A DNA stretch of 64,000 nt from an uncultured Lachnospiraceae bacterium (GCA_900544685.1 UQWA01000009.1:1348-65347); one strand, 5' to 3'. Counted from the stretch's first letter, positions 40,643-51,046 are shown. Notes: generated from the sequence alone by a model not told the origin. Numbers and translations: made by a program.

Positions 40643-42004
40643 ATGGAGGAGAAGAAGAAAAAAATGTCATCGTTGGATGCAACCTTAATGGGAATCGGAG
40701 AAATTATTGGTGCCGGTATCTTCAGTATGACAGGCGTAGCAATTGGTGTTGCAGGTCCTGGTACCCCTATTACCTACTTATTGGCAGGTTTGTGTGCAAT
40801 GATTTTGTGCCTGCCGTATATGAGTATTTCTTCTGCAATACCTGCAAAAGGTGGACAGTATCTGTATGTATCTCGATTTATTAAACCAGTTATGGGATTC
40901 TTGCTGGTTTGGAACATGATTTTTGAAACTTTAAACTTAAGTGTGCTCGGAATTTCTACAGGACAGTACCTGCCTGTAATTTTTCCGTTCTTAACACCGA
41001 GAATGGCTGGTATCATCGTTGTTATTCTGATTACCATTGCATGTTTGTTTAATATTAATACATCTGCGAAAGTACAGAACCTGATGGTTGTTATGATCCT
41101 GGTTACACTTGGTTTATACATTTTCCTTGGGCTGCCTCAAATGAAGTATTTTACCCTTCGTGATCTGATTACTGTAACCGGATGGACCGGAATCTTTACA
41201 GCGGTCAGCTATGTTCGAACCGCTGCATATGGTGCGATTGGACTGGTAAATATGGCAGGCGAGATTGAAAATGCAAGAAAAGTAGTTCCGGCTTCCATTG
41301 CAAAAGCAACACTTGGATGTACAGCATTATATGCATTGGTAGCTTTAGTATCTGTAGGTGTCGTTCCTTGGAAAGACATGATTGATCAGCCGTTATCAAC
41401 AGCAGCAAAGACATTTATGCCTGGATTCGCATTTAGCGTATTCGTTATCTGTGGAGCACTGTTTGGATTGCTGACAACCCTGTTAGCTATGACAATCAAT
41501 TATAGCCGTGTTATCTGGGCAGCCGTAGATGATGGATTACTTCCAGGATTCTTGAAACCGCTGAACCGTCATGGTATTCCATATCGTATTATCCTGATCA
41601 TGGGAGTTGTTGGTGTTGTTCCTATTATTCTGGATCTTCCGTTAAAACAGGTATTCTCCATTATGAATGCACCTGGTATGCTGATCGGTCTGCTTGGTAC
41701 ATTACCGGCACTGATTGCACCAAAGAAACTGCCAAACAAATTTGCCAATGCATGGTTTAGAGTACCGTTAAAAGTGATGTGGGTAGTTGTTATTATTCAC
41801 TGCAGCGTAACAATGTTCTTCAGTTACACCTTGTTTACAAACTTAACAGTACCGATTATTGGCGGTATCATCGTATTCTATGGCGGTGGTATTGTATATT
41901 ACTACATAAGAAAGAATTATCTGAAGAAAAAAGACGGAACCGATCTGGATGTTATCTTGTCAACATATGATCCGGAATGGTTATCAGATGATCAGCCAGT
42001 ATAG
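40643..42004 (+). CDS. APC-family amino-acid permease
   Basis: IIGAGIF, PAKGGQYLY, AGEIEN, DGLLPGF; about 12 TM helices. Confidence 0.9.
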   Translation: MEEKKKKMSSLDATLMGIGEIIGAGIFSMTGVAIGVAGPGTPITYLLAGLCAMILCLPYMSISSAIPAKGGQYLYVSRFIKPVMGFLLVWNMIFETLNLSVLGISTGQYLPVIFPFLTPRMAGIIVVILITIACLFNINTSAKVQNLMVVMILVTLGLYIFLGLPQMKYFTLRDLITVTGWTGIFTAVSYVRTAAYGAIGLVNMAGEIENARKVVPASIAKATLGCTALYALVALVSVGVVPWKDMIDQPLSTAAKTFMPGFAFSVFVICGALFGLLTTLLAMTINYSRVIWAAVDDGLLPGFLKPLNRHGIPYRIILIMGVVGVVPIILDLPLKQVFSIMNAPGMLIGLLGTLPALIAPKKLPNKFANAWFRVPLKVMWVVVIIHCSVTMFFSYTLFTNLTVPIIGGIIVFYGGGIVYYYIRKNYLKKKDGTDLDVILSTYDPEWLSDDQPV

Positions 42005-42119
42005 ATTGATTGATTCGCAGGCAATGTGATATAATCAGTTGTGAGATGCTCCCACCTCTCGCAGTGAGAATGCTGATGCGTTCTTGAATAAAGCAAACTG
42101 TATATGAAAGGAAAACGCT

Positions 42120-42836
42120 ATGAGTTCTCAACCATTCAAAATGAAACCGATTAAGCGAGAATTAGTACATGCTAAAATAGCAGATGCTATGATGCAATAT
42201 ATAGCAGAAAATCATCTGACCGATGGAGATAAACTTCCTCCGGAACGGGAAATGGCGGCTTATTTCGACACAAGCCGCAATTCAGTGCGAGAAGCACTGC
42301 GGGTTCTGGAATCCAATGGAATTGTAGAAATTCGTCAGGGAAGTGGAATTTTTATTCGGACAAATGGTAAAGAAAATTCCTTTTATGAACACGCCTGGAA
42401 AATTAATTATATGGAATTACTGGATGTAAAAGATATGTTGGAAGTGGGGCTTGCGAAGACAATTTGTGGTAAATTGGATGAAACACAGCTTCGACAGCTG
42501 GAAACACAGATCGTATTGATGGAAGAACTGGCAGAGGAGAATGCATATAATCCGGAGATAGATGGGATCTTTCATAAAATGCTATGGGGGATGTCATCGA
42601 ATAAGACACTGGTCGATTTGCTTAATAAGATGTTTGAGCAGCTGAGAGAATACTGGAGAACACTGAAAGGCGAAGAAAAAATGTGGCTTCTGACTGTTCC
42701 GTATCACAGACAGCTATTCGAAGCAATACGTGATGACAGGAAAAGCTGTGCCGAGGAAGCAATTAATCGAATTACACAAATTGACAAAGATATTACTGTT
42801 TGGATGCAGAAAACTACGAAACCATTCAAAGCATAA
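42120..42836 (+). CDS. GntR/FadR-family regulator
   Basis: GDKLPPERE...SRNSVREAL wHTH plus an FCD domain (D..FH...N). Confidence 0.92.
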   Translation: MSSQPFKMKPIKRELVHAKIADAMMQYIAENHLTDGDKLPPEREMAAYFDTSRNSVREALRVLESNGIVEIRQGSGIFIRTNGKENSFYEHAWKINYMELLDVKDMLEVGLAKTICGKLDETQLRQLETQIVLMEELAEENAYNPEIDGIFHKMLWGMSSNKTLVDLLNKMFEQLREYWRTLKGEEKMWLLTVPYHRQLFEAIRDDRKSCAEEAINRITQIDKDITVWMQKTTKPFKA

Positions 42837-43016
42837 AGATGAGAAGCTCTCTACGTAAAGTGGGGAGCTCTCTTTTTGTGATGTAAGAAATTTCAACAGA
42901 ATTTCCTATATCAAATTTACAAAAAGCATACTAATTTTAGGATAGTAATGAGGCTGTTTTCTGGCATATTCTTATAATATAACCAGAAAACTGTATATGC
43001 GATATGAAGGGAGGAT

Positions 43017-44750
43017 ATGAGTATGTACACGAAAGCAGTGATTGGCAAACGAAAATTACAAATGATGTTTCTTACAATACTGATGTTTATCGGATTGTTG
43101 GCATGGGGAGTTCCGGCTGCTGCCCAGACGAAGGAGATCATTTGTGATGACTATGGAAGGAATTATTCCATAGAATTTAATTCAGAATACCAAAAAAGCA
43201 CGACGGAAGTAGTAATTAAAAATGCAACATCTGGAAAAATGAAGCTGGATATTACTGTAAAAACAGTCAGGACAAAAACATATCCAAGTGACAAATTAAA
43301 ACAGTTCTCATGGAATGATTTTATGGTGTCAAGAGAAATGAGTGGGTATATTGTTATGGAACCTGGAGAAGAGCAAACGATAGAATTTTTGTTCAGATCA
43401 GACTATGCAGGGCAATCCAGTATCCGAGTGACAACTTCGAAGGCAACTGTATCAGAGAACGGTGGAATAACATTTCAGGCAGCAAAAAAAATTGCTGTGA
43501 ACAGTGAAGAGAAGGGCGTGATACGTTCAGGAGACAGCGGTGGAATATATCAGTATGCGAGATATTTTTCCTTTACTACAAAAGAGCGGCGTCAGCAGAC
43601 GATATTACTTGCAGGTGAACGAGGAAAAACAGTTCATGCAAGTATATATAGAAGCAATGATATTGCAATGAAGTCACCTCTGCTGACTTTGACATCTGAC
43701 GATGCTGAGAAGAGAGGCAGTGTATGGCTTGATCCTGGAACATATGTAGTAGCAGTTGGATTCCGTAAATCTCCAGGAATGTATGCATCCTATTGTTTTC
43801 AGCTGGGAGGCAGAAATTATATTCCGGCAACCGGAGTATCGCTGACTTGTAACACAAATAAGCTGACGATTGATTCCGGAATTACAAAAAAACCAAAGAC
43901 ATTTACATTTACAGCAACTACGATACCTGCAAACAGTGATGATAAACTTTCCGATATTTTGGTGGGTGGAAATATTCGTTCTGATATGTATGAGATTAAG
44001 GGCGCTGTGAAAGGAAAAAACAAAGCAACATTTACGATAACTTATAAAGGTTATCCCTATACTGCAGGTAATAATACGATAAAGGTTAAAACGTCAAATG
44101 GATTGCAGTCCAAGGGATTTTCAGTATTTGCAAAAGCAGGAACCCCGAGTGTTTATAAATATTATGTATATCCAAACCAGATAGAGCTTTATGGAGTATT
44201 CCGCGGAGCATCAGGAACCCGTGGAGTGAATGTATATCTGAAATCCGGAAATAAATGGATCAAACAGAAACAGCAAAGTAATGGTTCTGTAATTGTGAAA
44301 AAACTGAAACCAAATACACGTTATGAATTCAAACTGACAGAAGCTGCTAAACGGGCTGATGGTAAATGGATAGAGGGAAAACCACTTTACAGAAGTATTC
44401 GGACACAGAAGAATACAAAACCAGAAGTGAAATCCATAAAGGTATCTAATGTCAGAGAAGATTATAGCTGGAAAAGGATACGTTATTCATCAACCAGTGT
44501 AAAATGGTATAAGAGTTATTATACCAGATATCGAGTGACGGTTACTTTAAAGAAAAAATTGCCGGCAAACCAGAAGATGGAAATCGATGGACATCTGGTA
44601 GCAGGAAAAGGAAACCAATACACCATAAACCTTTCAATCGGAGGAAGAAAGAAAGGAAAAAATACAACACTGACTTTGCAGACGTATAGTGAAAAAGGAA
44701 ATATTAATAGCTACGGCAATATTTTGAAAAAAAAGATTCGATTAAAATAA
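43017..44750 (+). CDS. Secreted basic beta-rich protein with an FN3-like domain
   Basis: Signal peptide ending PAAA; LKPNTRYEFKL FN3 signature. Confidence 0.7.
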   Translation: MSMYTKAVIGKRKLQMMFLTILMFIGLLAWGVPAAAQTKEIICDDYGRNYSIEFNSEYQKSTTEVVIKNATSGKMKLDITVKTVRTKTYPSDKLKQFSWNDFMVSREMSGYIVMEPGEEQTIEFLFRSDYAGQSSIRVTTSKATVSENGGITFQAAKKIAVNSEEKGVIRSGDSGGIYQYARYFSFTTKERRQQTILLAGERGKTVHASIYRSNDIAMKSPLLTLTSDDAEKRGSVWLDPGTYVVAVGFRKSPGMYASYCFQLGGRNYIPATGVSLTCNTNKLTIDSGITKKPKTFTFTATTIPANSDDKLSDILVGGNIRSDMYEIKGAVKGKNKATFTITYKGYPYTAGNNTIKVKTSNGLQSKGFSVFAKAGTPSVYKYYVYPNQIELYGVFRGASGTRGVNVYLKSGNKWIKQKQQSNGSVIVKKLKPNTRYEFKLTEAAKRADGKWIEGKPLYRSIRTQKNTKPEVKSIKVSNVREDYSWKRIRYSSTSVKWYKSYYTRYRVTVTLKKKLPANQKMEIDGHLVAGKGNQYTINLSIGGRKKGKNTTLTLQTYSEKGNINSYGNILKKKIRLK

Positions 44751-44758
44751 AAAAACAG

Positions 44759-44787
44759 TTGACAGAAGTGATATGAATCTGTATAAT
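44759..44787 (+). promoter_or_regulatory. Consensus sigma-A promoter of the tRNA
   Basis: TTGACA-17 nt-TATAAT. Confidence 0.8.
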
Positions 44788-44820
44788 TGGTTCTTGGTTG
44801 CAGTAGTGACCAGGAATCAT

Positions 44821-44905
44821 GCAGGAGTGGCGGAATTGGCAGACGCGCAGGCTTCAGGTGCCTGTGGTCGTTAAGACCGTGTGGGTTCAAGTCCCATCTC
44901 CTGCA
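44821..44905 (+). tRNA. tRNA-Leu (anticodon CAG)
   Basis: GCAGGAG/CTCCTGC acceptor stem; CAGGC-TTCAGGT-GCCTG anticodon arm; long variable arm; GGTTCAAGTCC T arm; CCA not encoded. Confidence 0.96.
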
Positions 44906-44918
44906 TTTTTTTAAAATA

Positions 44919-44975
44919 AAAAGGAGCGTCGCAAAACACTGATGAATCAGTGAAGCGATGCTCCTTCTTTTTTTT
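44919..44975. terminator. Terminator after the tRNA, probably bidirectional
   Basis: AAGGAGCGTCGC...GCGATGCTCCTT with a T run downstream and an A run upstream. Confidence 0.75.
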
Positions 44976-45005
44976 GTAAAACAGTGATTCCATGATTACA
45001 TGAAA

Positions 45006-46373
45006 TCACTGCCTTGAGGAGAGGGTGGTTTGCAACCGTCCATTTCTTGTGATCCAGAAGAAGGTTCCTGTGAAAATAATTCCTTTCACAATGGTAGTAG
45101 AAGAAAATGCCCACCAGATACCGTTCAGTCCTAAAGAAGTATTTCCAAGGATCATAGCTAATGGGATTCTTGAACTCGTAAAGAGAATACTGATGATACT
45201 GCATAGATTTGTTTTGCCAAGTCCTGATATGGCTCCAATGGTAGTAAGTTCTATACACAAAAATGCTTCACTGAATCCGATAATAACCAGATAGTTTATA
45301 GCAGTCGCGATAGCGGAAGGTTCATGGAAGAAGACAGAAGCAATTGGGGTTGGCGCAAAAATGAAGATTAAGGTAATCAGTAATCCCCAGATACCTACAG
45401 TCCAAAGTGAAACCCGATATCCTTTTTTGACTCGATCTATTTTTTCTGCTCCGTAGTTTTGGGCAGTAAATGCATTTAAAGCAGCTGCAAAACCATCTGC
45501 GGTATTCCAGGATACGGATTCGATCTGGCCACCAACTCGTAAGGTAGCGACTGCTTCAGCTCCAAATCCAGATACCATCCTGGTAATCAGCATAGAGATC
45601 ATACAGTATACCATGCCCTGAATTCCGGTTGGAATACCAATCTTGCAGATACCCTTCAGATATTTTGTGGACATTCCACCAATCAGATGAATTCCTTTTA
45701 GTACGTTCTCTTTTTTTGACCAGATAATTCCAAGTATCATGATACCCATGACAATGAACTGGGCTGTAACAGTGGCAATTGCGGCACCGATGACGCCAAG
45801 TTTTGGCAATGGACCCGGACCCAGAATTAACAGTGGATCCAGAATCATATTTGTTACCAGTCCTACCAGATTCGCGACAAATGGTGTCTTGGAATCTCCC
45901 TGTGCAGTATAGAGACCAGTCAGAGTGATGGTCATAAAGGAAAACACGATCAGGCCACATGCAATTTGAGTATAGGAAATGGCAGCATTATAGGCTTCCG
46001 CATCACTCAGATTAAAAAAGCCCACCATCTGGCGGACAAAAATCAGAGAGAAGAGTGCAAAGATCAATCCCATATACAGTGCTATCTGTACAGCTGTTTG
46101 AGCATATTTATGAGCTTTTTCCCTATCCCCGCTGCCAATACACTGGGCTACCTGCACCTGTCCACCCATTCTGGCAATGGAAGACAACCCCTGAGAGAAC
46201 CAGGTAAACATGCCGCCGACACCTACTCCGGCTACGGCTTTTGATCCAAGAAGTCCAATCCATGCCATATCTGTAATATTATACAACGTTCCGAGAAAAG
46301 ACGATGCCATGATAGGAATCGCAAGTTTTGTCAGGGTCTTTAGAATCGGCCCCTTTGTTAAATTTCCGTCCAA
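45006..46373 (-). CDS. MATE-family efflux transporter
   Basis: LTKGPI, YNITDMAWIG, GDSKTPF, QNYGA; TTG start at 46373 after GAGGA. Confidence 0.9.
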   Translation of the reverse strand: MDGNLTKGPILKTLTKLAIPIMASSFLGTLYNITDMAWIGLLGSKAVAGVGVGGMFTWFSQGLSSIARMGGQVQVAQCIGSGDREKAHKYAQTAVQIALYMGLIFALFSLIFVRQMVGFFNLSDAEAYNAAISYTQIACGLIVFSFMTITLTGLYTAQGDSKTPFVANLVGLVTNMILDPLLILGPGPLPKLGVIGAAIATVTAQFIVMGIMILGIIWSKKENVLKGIHLIGGMSTKYLKGICKIGIPTGIQGMVYCMISMLITRMVSGFGAEAVATLRVGGQIESVSWNTADGFAAALNAFTAQNYGAEKIDRVKKGYRVSLWTVGIWGLLITLIFIFAPTPIASVFFHEPSAIATAINYLVIIGFSEAFLCIELTTIGAISGLGKTNLCSIISILFTSSRIPLAMILGNTSLGLNGIWWAFSSTTIVKGIIFTGTFFWITRNGRLQTTLSSRQ

Positions 46374-46571
46374 AATAATGATCCTCAAATCTTTCTTACA
46401 ATCTCATACAACACGATCATAACATCTTTATGATATAAAAACAATCTTTCAGATCTATTCTGTACCGAATTGGATACTCTTTTACTGTTCACTGGGTGAC
46501 TTGATTCATGAGGATATTTTCTGTACAATAAAAACTATAGTGAATCATGTTGCAGAAGGAGAAAACATATC

Positions 46572-47114
46572 ATGAGCAGTTATATTACAACTTACACCAG
46601 AAAACATTTTGATCCGGTACATCCGGATCCAGAGAGAATCGTTATTGAAGATATTGCACATGCGTTATCTCTTTTGTGCCGCGGAAACGGGCATGTGACC
46701 ACGTTTTGGTCAGTGGGACAGCATTGTATTTGTTGTGCAAAAGAGGCGGCAGGACGGGGACTTTCTGACCGAATCGTGCTGGCCTGTCTTCTTCATGATG
46801 CCAGTGAATGTTACATGTCTGATGTGCCACGCCCTTTTAAGCAGACGATGCGGGAGTATATCTGTCAGGAAGAGACACTTCTGAGCATGGTCTACACCAG
46901 ATATCTTGGTACAGATTTGACAGCAGAAGAACAAAAACAGATAAAAGAAATTGATGATGACCTGTTATGGTATGATATGACAAAATTGCTGGATGAACCA
47001 CAGGGAGGAGAAGCCCCGGAACTTCATTTTGAACTGGATTATACCGTGCAGCCGTTTGAAGAAGTAGAGCGGGAGTATCTGGAAATATTCAAAAAGTATT
47101 ATGGGGTGAAATAA
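46572..47114 (+). CDS. HD-domain phosphohydrolase (YfbR/YfdR-like)
   Basis: DIAHALS..CR, SVGQH, LLHDASE. Confidence 0.85.
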   Translation: MSSYITTYTRKHFDPVHPDPERIVIEDIAHALSLLCRGNGHVTTFWSVGQHCICCAKEAAGRGLSDRIVLACLLHDASECYMSDVPRPFKQTMREYICQEETLLSMVYTRYLGTDLTAEEQKQIKEIDDDLLWYDMTKLLDEPQGGEAPELHFELDYTVQPFEEVEREYLEIFKKYYGVK

Positions 47115-47159
47115 CCACCTGTTATTCCTGCTTTGATTTGGTATGCTTATTTGAGCAAT

Positions 47160-49050
47160 ATGGAATTTAGAACGGATAAATTACTTCATGGAGGAGATTA
47201 TGATTCGGAACAGTGGCTGAAGCGACCGGATATTCTGGCAAAGGATCTGGATATGCTGGAAGAATCTGGCTGTAATGTTGTCAGTCTCGGCATTTTTTCC
47301 TGGTCCACACTGGAACCGGAAGAAGGGGTATTTTACTTTGAATGGCTGAAAGAAATTATTGATAAATTATATCAGAGAGGGATCAGCACGATCTTGGATA
47401 CCCCGTCCGGAGCCCGCCCGAAATGGATGGCAGACAAGTATCCGGAGGTACTTCGTGTGGATGAGAATGGGCACAGAAATCTCTTCGGTTTCCACCACAA
47501 TCACTGTTATACCTCTCCGGTATACAGAGAAAAAGTACATACGATTAATAAAAAACTGGCGCAGGAAGTAGCTGCACATCCGGGCGTGATTCTGTGGCAC
47601 ATTTCCAATGAATATGGGGGGAGAATGTTACTGTCCGCTGTGTCAGGATGCATTCCGTAAATGGCTGAAAGAAAAATATCAGACAATCGAGAACTTGAAT
47701 GACCGGTGGTGTACCACCTTCTGGAGCCATACTTATAACAGTTTTGACCAGATTGAAACGTCGTCTAAGATCGGTGAGACACAGCTTCATGCACTGAATC
47801 TGGACTTGAAACAATTTGTGACACATCAGACCGCAGATTTTATTCATGCAGAGATTGCAGCGGTTCGTGATGGCGGAAGTGATCTTCCAACGACAGCCAA
47901 CCTGATGCGTTCCCTGAAGGGGAAACCATTTTTCCAGATGGAATCCTGTCCGATTTCTACCAACTGGCAGAGCGTCAGCAAATTAAAGAAACCGGGTATG
48001 CTTTTTGCTCAGTCCATGCAGGCTATTGCCCACGGAGGGGAAGGTGCATTGTATTTCCAGATTCGTCAGAGCCGTGGTGCTTCTGAGAAGTTCCATGGAG
48101 CAGTGATTGACCACTATGGCGGCAATGATACCAGAGTCTTCAAAGAAGTATCCAAGGTGGGAGCAACCTTAAAAGAACTGAAGGAACTGGCTGGAACGAC
48201 CATGGACAGTCCGGTGGCTATGATCTACGACTGGGACAGCCAGTGGGCGATGGAAGACAGCCAGGGTCCAAGAAATAAAGGACTGCATTATCTGGAAAAC
48301 CTGCTGAAGTATTACAGGGGATTCCGTAAACAGGGCATCAGTGTGGATCTGATTGATCAGACCTGTGATGTGGAAAAATATAAAATACTGGTTCTGCCGA
48401 TGGTCTATATGTTCAAAGAGGGCTTCGCAGAAAAGGTGCGTGCCTTTGTGGAAAATGGAGGTACTTTGATTACCAGTTACTGGTCCGGGATCGCAGATGA
48501 TACGGACCGCTGCTATCTGGAAGGAACTCCACACGGACTGATGGATGTGCTGGGAATCCGTAGTACGGAAATTGATGGCCTGTATGACTGGGAAGAGAAT
48601 GAATTTGTCCCAGTAGAAGGAAACGAACTGGGACTGGATCAGACTTATACCTGCAAATACCTGTGTGACCTGGTGGAACTGCGGGGAGCAAAGAGCCTGA
48701 TGACTTACGGAAAAGACTTCTATGCAGGATATGCGGCATTGACAGTAAATGAATATGGAAAGGGCAGAGCCTGGTATGTGGCAGCCGATGCAGACAAAGA
48801 TTTTTTTGCTGATTTCCTGAAAAAAGTAGTGGAAGAAAATCAAATCAGCTGTGGCATAAAAGGAGATATTCCAGATGCGCTGGAGATCACCGTAAGAGAA
48901 AGCGAAGAAGCAAAATATTACCTGTATCAGAACTTTGGAACAGAAGCGGTACAGATTCCGGTACCGGAAAAGGAAGCATCCTGGCTGTATGGCAGCGGGG
49001 ATGAAAAACTGGAAGTGTATGGACTGGCAGTGGCGAAAATAACAAAATAA
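47160..49050 (+). pseudogene. GH42 beta-galactosidase pseudogene
   Basis: Split over two frames at a G6 run (47616-47621); apparent internal deletion near 47900; degraded motifs (GGDYDSEQW, FHHNHC). Confidence 0.88.
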
Positions 49051-49266
49051 GAAAGATGAGAGAGCAGAAAACTGGCTTAGAAGAGTCGGGTTTCTGCTTT
49101 TTTTATAAAAATATAATAGGATCTAAGTAGGAACTTTGTTATAATGATGCCAAGGAGGGCTAGTGAATTAAAGCTTACAAAAGATAAAAACAGAGAAAAA
49201 TACAGCCGACAAGTGGATAAGACACAAAAGATAAGAAAATGAACGGATTAGAAAAAGAGGTGTCTT

Positions 49267-50115
49267 ATGACCAATACAAAACATGAAGATGCGATCATGA
49301 AAATGGGGTTTGGATATTTTCGTGATCATATACTGAAGAGGCTGGGAGTAGAATATGAGTTTGTCGCAGAAGAGCCGACAGAGCTGATTGAATTGCAGGT
49401 CCATTCCATGTATATGGATTTTACTTTTTTGACGTCAGATGGGTTCTATGCACATTTCGAGTTTCAGACAACAGAAACGGACTGGAGAGATTTACAAAGG
49501 TTTGAAGCTTATGAGGCAGTAACGGCACACAAAAGAGAAAAAAAGGTATTGACCTATGTGATTTATTCTGGTGGCATCACTGATACACAGACAGAGTTAG
49601 ATTGTGGATTCCATACATACAGAGTGAAACCGATTTATCTGACGGATTATGATGCAGATAAACTGTTTTGGAAAATGCAGACAAAACTGGAAAGAGAAGA
49701 AGCGTTAGATGACGAGGATTTAGCGGGTCTTGCACTTGCACCATTGATGTCCGGAAAACGGAGCCGAAAGGAGAAGATAAAAGAGGCAATCTTATACGCA
49801 AAGCAGGGAGATACGGAGACAGCAGAAAAAACGATTGCGATTCTGTACACATTAGCGGATAAATTTCTTAAAGGTATGGAATTACAGGAAATCAAGGAGG
49901 TGGTTGCAATGACGCGACTTGGACAGATGATTTATGATGATGGTGTTGAAAAAGGAATAGAAAAAGGCAGACAGGAGGGTTTGGAACAAGGAATGGATCG
50001 GATGTCAGTGCTGACAGCCAGACTGTTGAAAGAAAAACGCCTGGATGATTTGCAGAGGGCAACAGAAGATAAAGCATACTGTGAGCAGTTGCTAAAAGAA
50101 TATGGTATAGAATAA
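49267..50115 (+). CDS. Rpn/YhgA-like PD-(D/E)XK nuclease, copy 1
   Basis: MDF...HFEFQ catalytic pattern, R...Y, VIYSG and C-terminal GxExG repeats. Confidence 0.8.
   Translation: MTNTKHEDAIMKMGFGYFRDHILKRLGVEYEFVAEEPTELIELQVHSMYMDFTFLTSDGFYAHFEFQTTETDWRDLQRFEAYEAVTAHKREKKVLTYVIYSGGITDTQTELDCGFHTYRVKPIYLTDYDADKLFWKMQTKLEREEALDDEDLAGLALAPLMSGKRSRKEKIKEAILYAKQGDTETAEKTIAILYTLADKFLKGMELQEIKEVVAMTRLGQMIYDDGVEKGIEKGRQEGLEQGMDRMSVLTARLLKEKRLDDLQRATEDKAYCEQLLKEYGIE
49909..50115 (+). CDS. Putative in-frame internal small protein (RpnS-like antitoxin), 68 aa
   Basis: AAGGAGGTG (49894-49902) ends 6 nt before the in-frame ATG at 49909. Confidence 0.65.
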   Translation: MTRLGQMIYDDGVEKGIEKGRQEGLEQGMDRMSVLTARLLKEKRLDDLQRATEDKAYCEQLLKEYGIE

Positions 50116-50221
50116 AAGTCGATTCCCATCTTACTACGAAAGATAAAGACAAAAATACAGCCGAAAAGTGAATAAGACACAAAAGATAAGAAAATGAACG
50201 GATTAGAAAAAGAGGTGTCTT

Positions 50222-51046
50222 ATGACCAACACAAAACATGAAGATGCGATCATGAAAATGGGGTTTGGATATTTTCGTGACAGCATACTGAAGAGGCTGG
50301 GAGTAGAGTATGAGTTTGTTGCAGAAGAGCCGACAGAGTTAATAGAATTGCAGATCTACTCTATGTACATGGATTTTACTTTTCTGACAGTGGAAGGATT
50401 CTATGCCCATTTTGAATTTCAGACAACGGAAACAGACTGGAGAGACCTGCAGCGATTTGAAGCCTATGAGGCGGTGACAGCTCACAAAAAAGGAAAAAAG
50501 GTATTGACCTATGTGATTTATTCCGGAGGGATTACCAGTGCGAAGACAGAACTGAACTGTGGATTTCATACATACAGGGTGCAGCCAATTTATCTGACGG
50601 ATTATGATGCAGATAAACTGTTTCGGAAAATGCAGACAAAACTGGACCGGGAAGAAGCGTTAGATGACGAGGATTTAGCGGGTCTTGCGCTTGCTCCGTT
50701 GATGTCCGGAAAGCAAAGCCGAAAGGAGAAGATAAAAGAGGCAATCTTATACGCAAAGCAAGGAGATACAGAGACGGCAGAAAAGACGATTGCGATTCTG
50801 TACACATTGGCGGACAAATTCCTCAAGGGTATGGAATTACAGGAAATCAAGGAGGTGGTTGCGATGACGCGACTTGGTCAGATGATTTATGATGATGGTG
50901 TTGAAAAGGGTTTGGAACAAGGAATGGATCGGATGGCGGTGCTGACAGCCAGACTGTTGAAAGAAAAACGCCTGGATGATTTGCAGAGGGTAACAGAAGA
51001 TAAAGCATACTGTGAGCAGTTGTTAAAAGAATATGGAATAGAATAA
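50222..51046 (+). CDS. Rpn/YhgA-like PD-(D/E)XK nuclease, copy 2
   Basis: Paralogue of 49267..50115, 8 aa shorter in the GxExG repeat tract. Confidence 0.8.
   Translation: MTNTKHEDAIMKMGFGYFRDSILKRLGVEYEFVAEEPTELIELQIYSMYMDFTFLTVEGFYAHFEFQTTETDWRDLQRFEAYEAVTAHKKGKKVLTYVIYSGGITSAKTELNCGFHTYRVQPIYLTDYDADKLFRKMQTKLDREEALDDEDLAGLALAPLMSGKQSRKEKIKEAILYAKQGDTETAEKTIAILYTLADKFLKGMELQEIKEVVAMTRLGQMIYDDGVEKGLEQGMDRMAVLTARLLKEKRLDDLQRVTEDKAYCEQLLKEYGIE
50864..51046 (+). CDS. Putative in-frame internal small protein (RpnS-like antitoxin), 60 aa
   Basis: AAGGAGGTG (50849-50857) ends 6 nt before the in-frame ATG at 50864. Confidence 0.65.
   Translation: MTRLGQMIYDDGVEKGLEQGMDRMAVLTARLLKEKRLDDLQRVTEDKAYCEQLLKEYGIE

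Larger units (their letters stand above)
49174..51046 (+). repeat. Tandem duplication of leader plus gene (about 49174-50115 and 50130-51046)
   Basis: Near-identical ~90-nt leaders and highly similar CDSs. Confidence 0.92.

Noticed and set aside
42035..42090. Possible riboswitch in the FadR leader
   Set aside because: Two small hairpins, but no recognisable aptamer motif or terminator
46572..47114. Phage-type dATPase or defence HD protein
   Set aside because: No phage or defence context; motifs fit an ordinary HD nucleotidase
47616..47621. Phase-variable G-tract switch in the GH42 gene
   Set aside because: The tract is only 6 nt and other lesions would leave the enzyme dead even if the frame were restored
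49267..51046. Active IS transposases
   Set aside because: No terminal inverted repeats or target duplications seen; the family's 'putative transposase' label is historical
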